A DNA stretch of 64,000 nt from Spizellomyces punctatus DAOM BR117 (taxonomy: Eukaryota), in NCBI GenBank assembly GCA_000182565.2, contig KQ257459.1. One strand, given 5' to 3'. The translations under genes and the position numbers were made by a program. The notes below the pieces were generated by a model. It searched no databases. It had not been told where the DNA came from and worked only from the letters and a program-made list of their open reading frames with translations. Positions 25,348 through 36,471 of this stretch are shown here, piece after piece (positions within the stretch are counted from its first letter, which is position 1; each line of letters opens with the position of its first letter).

Positions 25348-26440
25348 ATGGACGAAGCACACCATCACCCTCGCGCAAGTACAAGCGGTCCTCTTACGAG
25401 AGGCGCGGTAACAGGCAATTATTACACCCCGACAATAGAAGAGAAAGCCGTTATCGATAAAGCAAATAAGAAATTTGTCGCGACATGTATGTAGGTTTGA
25501 GGTTACAAGATCCCGCTGATTGAAAGTACAAGCTCACCCGAGTGGTACTTCTGTCCAGACGCAACTGGCATATTCTTAGGCATTACTGGTGGGGCGACGC
25601 TTGGTGAGTTGAGTTTGAAGCTTTGCCCTCTTCCCCGGGCACAACTAACTCTTTCGGCGGGCAGTGCGATATCGTAAAGTTCAATGGAATTCTATGCAAG
25701 GCCTATTTCTTATTATGGGCTGTACGATGACGGGTGAGGTGCTGGGCCGCAAAGGTGGGGAGGCTCGAGCACGAGAAGCGCTCTCCAGAGGCTTGCCTCC
25801 TGGTTCAAAGTTACGAGAACTCCTAGAGAAGAATTCCCGCGGACTGAGCATTCCGAAAGGTCCCGCTTCCCCCCCAACGGAAGGGAATAATGATTTTAGT
25901 CTAGAGGGAACAGTGCCGCCTTCAGTGTCGCCAGTTGCATTCCAAAAGGAGAATACGGCCTCTCGGCAAGGGTCTCAAGGGACGGCGGATGAGGAGAATG
26001 CGGTTGCGGATGGGAAAGTTAGTACGTCATGGGAGCAAATTCGTCGGAAACATTCAGGCCCTTCTAGTACCTGGGACCGTATTCGTACCAAAGGGGCAGG
26101 GGCGAATGCTTCCGAGACTGGCGGCTCGCAATCTGAACCAGAAGTTATGGATGATCTTGACGACCGCTACTCAGCAACATCCGACCCCATTATTCCGCGG
26201 ACACGCGACGAATTGCTAGAAAGCGAACGGAAGGGTCAAATCAGAAGGAACAACTATGGTGACTTGTCAGAACCAGTGGTGGCGTCGGTTGGAGGGAGAG
26301 GGTTGTTGGGACCTTACGGAGATACGGTCGCCGCTACACCAGCCGGCAATACATATATACCCCGAACGAGAGAGGAGTTGGAGGCTACGCTAGGAAGGAG
26401 GAATGTTAAGCGGAATGAATATGGTGACTTGGTCGAGTAG
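25348..26440 (+). CDS. OCIA-domain-like membrane protein, 3 exons
   Basis: Spliced N-terminus YYTPTIEEKAVIDKANKKF, two Gly-rich hydrophobic helices, SWEQIR/TWDRIR motifs, C-terminal KRNEYGDLVE. Confidence 0.65.
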
Positions 26441-26625
26441 GCTCCCTGTACCCCTTGCAGTACGGTCGCTTCTATTACGCTTTTGGTAATCATGTACAAT
26501 CCACATTATTGGCTTCACCTATATAAACAATTACTCTTGTGGGCGCTTGTGAGATCACCAAGGTAGAGACCATTGACCTGACGGCGGTTCTGAAAGTATG
26601 AGATGGGTTACATTGGATAATAGAA

Positions 26626-28505
26626 TCATGTGTTTTTGGCCGCACCTGGAGAAGCATCTTTCTTGGCCGTGGGAACCTTGTTATCACAGTAATCCGAGGC
26701 CAACTCGGTCGGTGGCGGTAGCTAGAATGCATCAATCATGCAGTAATGAGTACCTTCCTTGTTTCCTGCGCGACCCCGTAGACAAAGCCTTAAAGCCACT
26801 GAAGCGCCTCGTTGCCCCAGGGAGGAAATAGAAAGCTTACAGTATCCAATCCCGCTGATTCGAAGTCGACCTGATTGACATCTTCTACCGCTCCAGCCGG
26901 GACAAGTCCAATGTTGCCGTCCAATTCCCCTATCCATGTATCATCTGAGGTCTTTTTGCGGATTAGGATCAAGTCGTCTTCACGGAAAGCAAGATGCCCA
27001 GGCTGCTCTGTAGTCGGATTATAATTTTGTGTCGCTCTATACAAGCTCGGAATTTCAATGGAAAGATTTTCCAGAGTCTGAAATAAACATTAATAAATGG
27101 GTACAGTCCAACGAGCTTATAAAAGATGATTTCATACCGCAAGGCTGGTGCTATCATCATCTGTTTTGTATGAGAATGCATCGGATATGTCAGAAAACCC
27201 AGAGAGTCTTCGGTCGATCTCAGCTGTCCGTCGCTGATCGGCTTTGAACGAGGGCCCATGATTGAGGTTGTCATCTTTGGCCCGTTCCTCCAACAGTAGT
27301 TTTGCCTGTTCCAATTCGTGCCTCAACGTATTCATTTCCTTCTCCCACCTCAGGCGCTCAGATTGCAGCGCAGCCGCCATATGCTGCTGCTCGCTCGCTG
27401 GAATGTTGCGGAGACTAGCGACTTGAGCCTGTAATTGTCGTTTCTCTTGCTGATGTTTATTTTGTATGTCCCGCAGTTTCGCGTTGAAAAGGCGCTTTTC
27501 CTTTTCTAATTTAGCTAGCTCATCCCGCAGGTGGGCAATTTCGAGACTTGGGGAATCCCCCTTTCGTGACGCTCCCATAATATTGACCAAAGACGACCGT
27601 TTGAGGACGTCATTTTCCTTTTTGCTTTGATCCTGCTTTTTGTCTAGCTGCAACAGAGTCAGAGACCATTGTGTAAAACACGAACATGAATACTAGTCGC
27701 GTAGCTCACCTCTAGCTCTACGCGCCCAAGCTTTTTTTCTAACACCTTCACCCGCTGTGTGAGGAATGCTGAGTGGGACAGTAGTGACGATTCTTTTGAA
27801 CGCTCTTCTTTTAGCCTGTCCTCCAGCATGCTGACCCGGCCACCCAATGTCGAGTTGTCAATGGTCAATAGTCGAACTCGCTCCTAGATTTCTTGTCAGA
27901 GCGACCAAGAAAGCCGTTTTGGCTGCGTGAAGTCCGCTTTACCTCACTCCGTCGAAGCTGAGATTCCAAAGAGTCGATCTGTTTATATTTCGCTTGCATC
28001 TGATGTTCCCATTCACCTTTTTGTTGCTGTAAGTCTCTAATCTATCATATACCATTAGAGCAAGAGTGGCGACAAGAGCAGGTTACCGTTCATACCTTGC
28101 GCTCCAACGCGTCCTTTTCAATCATCCACGCAGCATAGCTTGGCCTTTCATTCTCTGCTTCCCCCAAATGATCAAAAAAGTCGATGACCTTGCTCGATCG
28201 ATTAGATGACACGGACACGGTGCGGTTCTGCTCTCTTTCGGGAGAAAATGCTTGGAGATCGAGGGCTGAACGAGCTACAAAAGTCATACACGTTAGTGAA
28301 ATAGGAGAAGATAGACCCTGGTGAAACTTACTCTTTCTTGGAGTACGGGTATTTGGCGTGCCAATTTTTGGTGTTGTGGGCTTCCGTGGAGTGGTAACCG
28401 GGGACGTTGGCCCCGTCTCTGCAACGTAAACTAGTTCAACCCAACGACCATGTCCGTGCTGAAACGAAGACGCCCACCTCCAAACCGTGAAGCCCGTGTG
28501 AACAT
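26626..28505 (-). CDS. Coiled-coil protein with C-terminal SH3 domain, multi-exon
   Basis: Long heptad-rich exons; SH3 YRATQNYNPT..GHLAFREDDLILI...DTWIGELDGNIGLVP; start exon is inferred. Confidence 0.8.
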
Positions 28506-28786
28506 TGAAAATAAATGGCACCTGCGGGTTTGCAGCGAACACGTCAGTTCTCTCGCTTCACCAGCGACTTGTTTCGGGAATTGGTGGTAGTAGATGACCA
28601 AAGTGTTCTAGTAAACTGCTTGAATTTGGTCCGAAAGCGATGACCGTGTCCGGATATAGTCACGTGAAAGGCGCAGTTTGATGATAAACTGAATTCTCAT
28701 TTATAACGGATATCAAACAGTGAACTGCAGATGGACTGAACCGTCTTACACTCGTTGATTTCCCTGTCACGTACAACCATCCCATC

Positions 28787-31549
28787 ATGTATCAATTCAA
28801 GCAGCTCGTTGTACCCGATTTTATGAACAAAAAACCTCCACCAAACTATATTGCGGGTTTGGGTCGAGGTGCAACAGGTTTCACAACTCGGTCAGATATC
28901 GGACCCGCACGAGAAGGACCTTCTGATGCACTGATCGAGAAGGCAAAAGCAGCAGCGGAAGGCAAAGGAAAGACCGACGATGATGAAGACGATGAGCGCT
29001 TTCAAGATCCAGACAATGAGACCGGGCTTTTCAATGCTCTGCCGTACGAGGCTGACGACGAAGAGGCCGACAGGATCTATGAGGAAGTTGATATGAAAAT
29101 GGACGAGCGAAGGAGAGCCCGACGTGAGGCGAGGGAAAGGGAAGAATTGGAAAAGTATCGAAAAGAGCGACCAAAAATTCAGCAGCAGTTTGCTGACTTG
29201 AAACGGGGACTTGCGGTGGTGTCGGAAGATGAATGGGCGTCAATACCAGAAGTGGGCGATTTGGTCCGAAAGGGAAAGAGACAAAAGAAGCTTGCTGACA
29301 AGTACACTCCTGTCCCTGATTCGGTACTACTGGGCGCATCACAGCAAGCGGAGCTTACCACATCGTTAGATGCGAAGCAACAGTTGCTAGGGGGACTGGC
29401 CACCCCTGCAACTGCTGACGGTACAATGACCGACTTTGTCCAGTTTGGACAAGCCCGTGATAAGGTTTTAGGATTGAAGCTGGATCAAATTTCTGATTCT
29501 GTAACGGGTCAGACGATTATCGACCCTAAAGGCTATCTCACTGACCTTAACAGTATCGTTGTCAAAACTGACGCGGAAATTAGTGACATCAAGAAGGCTC
29601 GTACACTTCTGAAATCCGTCATCACAACTAATCCGAAGCATGCACCGGGATGGATTGCGGCCGCTCGTCTTGAGGAAGTTGCAGGAAAACTGGGCGCTGC
29701 CAGAGAAACTATCGCGAAGGGTTGCGAAGAGTGCCCCACCAGCGAAGACGTGTGGTTGGAATCTGCGCGCCTAAATACATCCGAAAATGCCAAAGTTATC
29801 CTCGCACAAGCCATTCGGCATGTCCCACAATCCGTCAAAGTATGGATGAAAGCATGTGACCTGGAAACGGACGGGAAAGCGAAGAAAAGGGTTTTACGTC
29901 GCGCTCTAGAATTTATACCTAATTCCGTCAGAATATGGAAAGCAGCCGTGTCGATGGAGGAAGATCCGGAGGACGCTCGAATCCTTCTGTCACGAGCGGT
30001 AGAGTGTGTACCACTCGCGGTAGAGTTGTGGCTTGCATTGGCGCGGCTGGAGAGCTACGAGAACGCAAAGAAAGTTCTTAATAAGGCACGTCTTGCCAAT
30101 GCGACCAACCATGAGGTCTGGATCACTGCTGCAAAGTTGGAAGAAACCAATGGAAATGAAAAGGGTGTAGAAATGATCGTCCGTCGTGCGGTGGACTCTC
30201 TTCAGAAGAAGGGCTCAACATTAGATCGCGACCAATGGATCCAAGAGGCTGAAAAAGCTGAAAAAGAGAAATACATTGCTACTTGTCAGGCCATCATAAG
30301 GGAAACAATAGGAATGGGAGTGGATGAGGAGGACCGAAAAAGTACTTGGATGGAAGATGCCGAGAGCTGCATAGCCCACGGGTCAACCGCAACAGCACGA
30401 GCTATTTATGCACATGCACTTAAGGTGTTCCCAAACAAAAAATCAATCTGGCGAAGAGCAGCTTTCTTGGAGAAAGCCCACGGAACCCGCGAATCCTTGG
30501 ACGAAATCCTTCAACGAGCGGTGCGGTACTGCCCGCAGGCCGAGGTTTTATGGCTCATGGGTGCCAAGGAGAAGTGGTTGGCCGGTGATATTGCTGCCGC
30601 AAAGGGGATCTTGGAAGCTGCTTTTGCTGCGAACTCCAATTCCGAACAGATTTGGTTGGCCGCTATCAAGCTCGAGGTCGAAACAGGGGAGTACGACCGG
30701 GCCCGTATTTTGCTCAGCAATGCACGAGATAAGGCGAACACTGAGCGGGTATGGATGAAGTCCGCCCAACTCGAACGTCAGTTAGGCGCTGTTGATGAAG
30801 CTTTAAGCTTGTTAGCGGAAGCAATACGTCGCTTTCCCAACTTTGCTAAGCTTTGGATGATGAAAGGGCAAATTGAGCAAAGGGAGAAGGGTGATATTTC
30901 TGCCGCGCGAGATACTTACGCACAAGCGATTAAACAAGTACCAAAGTCCGCAACGCTTTGGCTGCTCGCGTCCAGATTAGAGGAGGGGGCAGGAGCGCAG
31001 ATCAAGGCTCGCGCAACGTTGGAAAAGGCGCGGATCATGAACCCCAAGGTTCCCGAACTCTGGTGCGAGGCGGTTCGCGTGGAACTGCGTGCAAATAACA
31101 ACCCTATGGCAAAGGCACTGATGGCCAAAGCGCTGCAAGAGTGTCCTAGTTCTGGACTGTTGTGGTCTGAAGCGATTCTCATGGAACCGCGGCCACAACG
31201 CAAATCTCGCTCCGCAGATGCGCTTAAAAAGTGCGAGAACGATCCTCTCGTCGTTATTACTGTTGCACGACTATTTTGGGCCGAACGAAAAGTAGAAAAG
31301 GCGCGAAATTGGTTTAATCGGGCTGTCAAAACAAATCCAGATCTTGGCGATAGCTGGGCGTGGTGGTTGAGGTTCGAGATGATGCATGGTCGTGAGGAGC
31401 AACAACAGGAGGTGGTCACCAAATGTGTTGCGGCGGATCCAAGGCACGGGGAACGATGGCAAACCGTCGCGAAGGATATAAGCAACGTCGGCAAGAATAC
31501 AGAGGCCATACTCAAGCTGGTTGCTGCACAGTTGCACAATACTATATAG
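28787..31549 (+). CDS. PRP6: U4/U6.U5 tri-snRNP splicing factor Prp6 (HAT repeats), single exon
   Basis: [73 protein letters not shown]. Confidence 0.98.
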   Translation: MYQFKQLVVPDFMNKKPPPNYIAGLGRGATGFTTRSDIGPAREGPSDALIEKAKAAAEGKGKTDDDEDDERFQDPDNETGLFNALPYEADDEEADRIYEEVDMKMDERRRARREAREREELEKYRKERPKIQQQFADLKRGLAVVSEDEWASIPEVGDLVRKGKRQKKLADKYTPVPDSVLLGASQQAELTTSLDAKQQLLGGLATPATADGTMTDFVQFGQARDKVLGLKLDQISDSVTGQTIIDPKGYLTDLNSIVVKTDAEISDIKKARTLLKSVITTNPKHAPGWIAAARLEEVAGKLGAARETIAKGCEECPTSEDVWLESARLNTSENAKVILAQAIRHVPQSVKVWMKACDLETDGKAKKRVLRRALEFIPNSVRIWKAAVSMEEDPEDARILLSRAVECVPLAVELWLALARLESYENAKKVLNKARLANATNHEVWITAAKLEETNGNEKGVEMIVRRAVDSLQKKGSTLDRDQWIQEAEKAEKEKYIATCQAIIRETIGMGVDEEDRKSTWMEDAESCIAHGSTATARAIYAHALKVFPNKKSIWRRAAFLEKAHGTRESLDEILQRAVRYCPQAEVLWLMGAKEKWLAGDIAAAKGILEAAFAANSNSEQIWLAAIKLEVETGEYDRARILLSNARDKANTERVWMKSAQLERQLGAVDEALSLLAEAIRRFPNFAKLWMMKGQIEQREKGDISAARDTYAQAIKQVPKSATLWLLASRLEEGAGAQIKARATLEKARIMNPKVPELWCEAVRVELRANNNPMAKALMAKALQECPSSGLLWSEAILMEPRPQRKSRSADALKKCENDPLVVITVARLFWAERKVEKARNWFNRAVKTNPDLGDSWAWWLRFEMMHGREEQQQEVVTKCVAADPRHGERWQTVAKDISNVGKNTEAILKLVAAQLHNTI

Positions 31550-31636
31550 CAGCATGTATATATACAAAACAAAAAAATAGATACAGCTTTTCAATTCTTC
31601 TTTCACTAGATTGTGTTATCTATAGAAGGTGCATAG

Positions 31637-32512
31637 CTACCAACTGGGAGGTAAGCCCACCGCCTTCTTCAATATCCTATGTGGATCCGTCATCACTCGT
31701 ATCGACTTTTTACCGAATTCCATTGGACTTTCAACACAATACGCTTGCCATTCGTCTATGTAAACATTGGGTTTGTAATTCCGCAAAGACAGTTCTTTCT
31801 CTACAATGCGCCGGGAGCTATCGTCGAGATTCGAATATAAACTCTCGCATAGAGATCGATAAATATTGCAGAGGTAAAACCGCGCGTGAGCCCATTCATG
31901 AAGCAATGTGGAGCGATCAGGGTGCACATAGGCGCAAATGTATGTTATTCGTGACCGAAATTGCGGGGTTGATAGAGCGCCTGTGGCTGATGCTGCTCCG
32001 TCTGGTGCTGTTGAAGGTTGTTGTCGGTCGACAGCCGCCGTACCACTATCATCCAACAACTCAATCATCAGTTTTTCAGCTTCGGTAGCTTGTTCTGTAT
32101 GCAAGTCTTGAGCCCAATTTGCCAAATGCTCCATGGGGAAGTTGACTCCTTTCAACGGTCCTTTCAACGTGCCCCCTTCATAAGCAACGTGCGGTCGACC
32201 GAGTGCAGCCCTTAGCGAGTTAGAATTTTGAAAGGCCAGGATAAGAACACCGGTTTCTGCATCAAGGGTTTTAATCGGTGGGATAAATACTGTATCAGAA
32301 GGAGCAGTTTTCAGGGCTTGCTGCTGTTGCTTCAGCAGAATGGCAGCTTTTGAGCCAGGTTTTGGTGGCTTTTTTGGCTTGTCCAACTTCTCTTTCTGAG
32401 GGAGTCTTCTCGCTGCAGCGAGCGGTACAGTGGTCGGGGAAGTTTCCGTATTTGGTATATGCTCATTTCCTATAGAGAGATGCTTGACCGATTCCACCAC
32501 GTTATCCGGCAT
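31637..32512 (-). CDS. Hypothetical zincin-like protein (HEXXH), single exon
   Basis: TLLHEWAHARFY plus downstream VYIDEWQAY (candidate third ligand E). Confidence 0.75.
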   Translation of the reverse strand: MPDNVVESVKHLSIGNEHIPNTETSPTTVPLAAARRLPQKEKLDKPKKPPKPGSKAAILLKQQQQALKTAPSDTVFIPPIKTLDAETGVLILAFQNSNSLRAALGRPHVAYEGGTLKGPLKGVNFPMEHLANWAQDLHTEQATEAEKLMIELLDDSGTAAVDRQQPSTAPDGAASATGALSTPQFRSRITYICAYVHPDRSTLLHEWAHARFYLCNIYRSLCESLYSNLDDSSRRIVEKELSLRNYKPNVYIDEWQAYCVESPMEFGKKSIRVMTDPHRILKKAVGLPPSW

Positions 32513-32643
32513 GACCGTGAGTCTCAATTGAGACGTTGCCAACGACAAAATCGCGGTTGATTACGAGGCAATCGGACTGCGCCACAATCGACCAGGATGT
32601 TCACCTGGCTCTGGATGTGCCAAGAAACGATCAGTTATCAAGT

Positions 32644-35031
32644 ATGTCATATAAAGCAGCATCCCACGGTCAAAATCGGCATACATCTCAGGAAGATCTT
32701 GGGGATGCTGGAGCTCAAGAAGGATCATTCAGGATGGGGAGCGAACATGCAAGCAACTCCGACATCACAGGCTCCAGATCTAGGAGTCGGGGACGGACAA
32801 GAGAACAGCGCAGCCAAAAGGCACAAGAACGGGGGGAGTCTCGCGTTGGCAGACCAAAAACAAGAACCGTAAGAAAGTCAGCGGATGCTGAACGGGGAAT
32901 ATCGACAGAAGTTGAGACACACAAAGATCAGAGATCAAGATCCATTAGCGGAACAGATCAGCAGAATACCCGGAAAGAAAGGAGTGTTAAAAAAAATAAG
33001 TCCAGACTGGGCAGAAAGGCTAGAGGACAGGATGTAGAAAGCTATGTGGAATATCAAATACCCGAAGGTGGAAAGAAAGATCTGGACGATAATAGTGACA
33101 AGGACGCTAATGCAGTGCAGAAGAAGAGAAAGAAAGAGCGAAGAGAACGTAATATTGATCAAGGAGAAGATAATTCACCTAGTAAGTTTTATATACATTC
33201 ATTTAAGCGCAATACGCACGACGACAATCTAACGTTCGGTCAAGCATCACCTACCCCCGGACGACGAAGGTTATCTTCTGATAACCCCGCTGTCCAATCA
33301 ACGTCATCATTAGCATCGTCAAATTCCCGCAGACACATATCCGGCTCTGGAGAGTCCCTATCCTCAAATTCGCGGAGATTATCAAGGCATGAGGATGGAC
33401 AACGTCTTCACAGGAAACGAACAGCGAGTATGAGTGTAGGACCTACGCAATCTCTCAGCACAGGACACCGGCACCGCAGCAAACGGGATGATCGTAGTGA
33501 CAATGCCAATTCTCGTAAGCAGCATAGATCAGCTTCAATCGATCATTCGGGCAAATATACGAGTCCGACTTCCAAGACAGGATCGTCAATGGTTCAGTTA
33601 TCGCAGAGCGGAAGCCAGAGATCGTTGCACTCTTCGCGGCGAGGTCGTAAACTGCACCGCGAAGGCTCACTACAGATCAGATCTCCGATAACAGGTAACA
33701 TTCTCATCTTGCCATAATGCGGTATCATGTTTATCAATCTCCCCTTGAGATCAATATGTAACGCTCCCGATAAGTGAATTGCAAATATTGTCTGGCGAGG
33801 CTGCATTGGATCTAAATGAGGATGGAGGTATAAACTTTGAGACACCCACCCATCTGTCGCATCCTCGCATGCAGGAGATGGATGCAGTCTTCATTGAAGG
33901 TTTGAGTCTGCATTACGTAGGCATCGTATCATCGTTTGTCATTGACGTAAAGCCTTCTATGTAAAGAAAGGGGACGCTTCCGCCCATGGTCAAGCGCAAC
34001 CGCAAATATGCATGGGATTCATGACAAGGGAATTGATCTAGAGCATGGTAGAAGATGGTGGGAAACCAGAGATGGAATGTTATTGCAGTGGGCAACGGTA
34101 CGCACAGTGTTTATTCAAAACAGATTGCGCTATCCGACTATTCTGAATCAGATCTCACTTCAGTCCTTGCACGTTTCCATAGCTCAAATAACGCATCTCT
34201 TGCACGGCATATACGCAGGATTGTGCCTTCTCTCTTTGATCATGCTCCCATCGTTTTCGGCAATCAGTCCACCAGATCCATCGGTGTCAGCATCAGTCAT
34301 CATGTTCGATCCTACTTTTCGATTTGTAGTATCGTACTCAACGTACGCGGGTACAGTCAACATCGTGTTCAACATTCTTGCTACATTGGTTTTACTGGAC
34401 GTTTTGGATATCGTTTTTGGCTTGCGTGGACCTGGAAACCGGCGCAGATACGTATGGTGGAGAGAGAGAGAATCTAGAGTGTGGACTGCTCTGGGAGCCC
34501 TACTATGTATGTCAATTGTGACATCCGCGATCATACGGAACGTATCTGACCCATATTGTGCCATCTGTCTTCATTCGATAGTGTTCTTCCTCTCTTGGAT
34601 CTCAACGGTGCTTATCACCGCGCAGGACGATCGCTTGAGCCAATCTCAACAAGGGGTGGATCAAGGGCCTTACGGAGACCCAGGCTGGTGGGGATTGCTC
34701 CATTATGGTCCTTCTGCGCCGCATTATGTGATTAACGTGGGCCCCCATTTGCAGGTTCGCGTCAGCAGCAGCTCTCAACCAGGCTCTGTTTCTTTCAGAC
34801 CTCTCCAAGTGGAGGATCCTCAACTGCGTACGCGGAATATTTGGGATAGTAGCCTGGATAGCGGCTCAATGGATACGAGTGAAGGACATGTCGCCTAACT
34901 ATGACGCGAACAAAACCGACAATGCTAGAACGGATCCAGCAAAGGAAATCCCCAACGAGAGAGATGCTACAATAAATACGGACCAGCGAATGGCACAAAC
35001 GTCTAATGGCCGAGACAATCAAGTCGCATGA
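32644..35031 (+). CDS. TMEM237-like ciliary transition-zone membrane protein, multi-exon
   Basis: Long basic disordered N-terminus, VFIE motif, then 4 TM segments: LLHGIYAGLCL, YSTYAGTVNIVFNILATLVLLDVLD, ITAQDDRL, WRILNCVRGIFGIVAW. The last exon is reached through intron 34688-34754. Pattern matches TMEM237 as recalled. Confidence 0.65.
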
Positions 35032-35267
35032 CGTGGTTGTAGAACGCACACCCGACTGTGATGGAATGACTTCTCGTGGGGCCGGTTCTTTCGGGAGATT
35101 ATTCATCTGCCTGCATGTTCTTTTTTAAGCCAATTGGGCATATAGAAAGTGTGTGGTGAAGAGTACCTATTAGATAACCTGCCCGTGTTTTGGCTACGCC
35201 GTTTCAATGGTCTCATGAATGTGTCAATGATTCTATGTAATGCACAATTCTCTATGCAACGCTAATG

Positions 35268-36174
35268 CTACATGGTCTTGGGGTTCTGGAATGCGGCAAG
35301 CTTTGCATCGTTCCAGCTGATGAACTGTCCGCTAAGTTCCATAGGTGCGTCCAGTGCCAACTTCGCTATCACATAACCCGGCACATCAGGGTGGAGAAGC
35401 TTTCCTTGTTCCTTAAACTGAACAAATTGATCATGCGAAGCATCTCCCATTGCTGTGCATGATGAGATAAGTCTTGGTGATGAAGTAGCGAATAACGAGA
35501 GATCATACCTGTTCGACCGGTCTCGCGAATCAGGGTCTGCATATCGGTGTCAACAACGCCTGCAGGACAGTAGACCATTAGATTGCAAACCGACAGTATC
35601 CTAAAGAATAAAATGCCTCACCTGGTCGCAGCGCCACAGAAACTATGTTCTTCTCTTCCAACCCGAGACCAGCAATCAACATGTTGGACGCCGCCTTGGC
35701 GGTACAGTAAGGAACCCATCCTTCTTTGGCGCCCGTGGCAGCTCCTGAGCTCACTAGAATGAATTTTCCATTCACATTCCTCAAGTAATTGGCAGCTTGT
35801 TGGAAGATCGATATGCCGGCGAAAAAATTCACCTCCAAGCACCTCCTCCATGCATCGAGATCAGCATCTGCGACTTTGGTGATGGGGTCAAGAATTCCAG
35901 CATTGTGAACAACTGCATCCAGACGGCCGAACTTCTTTACAGCAGAGTCAACAGCAGTGGAAGCGGCACCGGGAGCCGTGACATCAAGTGAAAGGTAGGA
36001 GAAGCTTGTTGAGTGCGAAGTGATGAGGGACTCCAGTTCGGTGTGCGCACTCGATGGCGACCGGCCCAGTCCAACGACCCGAGCGTTAAGAGACAGGAGA
36101 ATCCTGGTAACAGCCAACCCGATGCCTCTCGAGGCACCAGTGACAACTACAACTGGTCCTTTTGCAGAAGACAT
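35268..36174 (-). CDS. Short-chain dehydrogenase/reductase (Irc24/YIR035C-like), 3 exons
   Basis: VVTGASRGIG, VHNAGILDP, VSSGAA, YCTAKAA, ALRPGVVDTDMQ, LSGQFISWND. Confidence 0.93.
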
Positions 36175-36471
36175 GGAGTTGACAAATGGTGGAAGATCAG
36201 GACAACAGACGCGCAAGAAACGCGTCTTACGTTCGCATTCTTGACAATCTCAGCGAGCATTCTAAAGTGGAGAAACGTTGCGTAGAACTAGGAGTGTAAA
36301 GGTTGACAGACGACTATAACGCTGGAAGAACGGCCCCCGCTTGTTTTGCCTTCGCGCAGAAGATCTCATAATAGCGTTGTGAAAACTGGTGCTTGACAAA
36401 GCTCCAACCGCGACACCTTGGAGAACTCAACTCCAACATATGAGAGCTCGACTTATCTAGTTTCCTGCACT

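Noticed and set aside
30916..32088. Long antisense/overlapping ORFs (218 and 221 aa) on PRP6 and the HEXXH gene
   Set aside because: Shadow ORFs of real genes with no independent motifs
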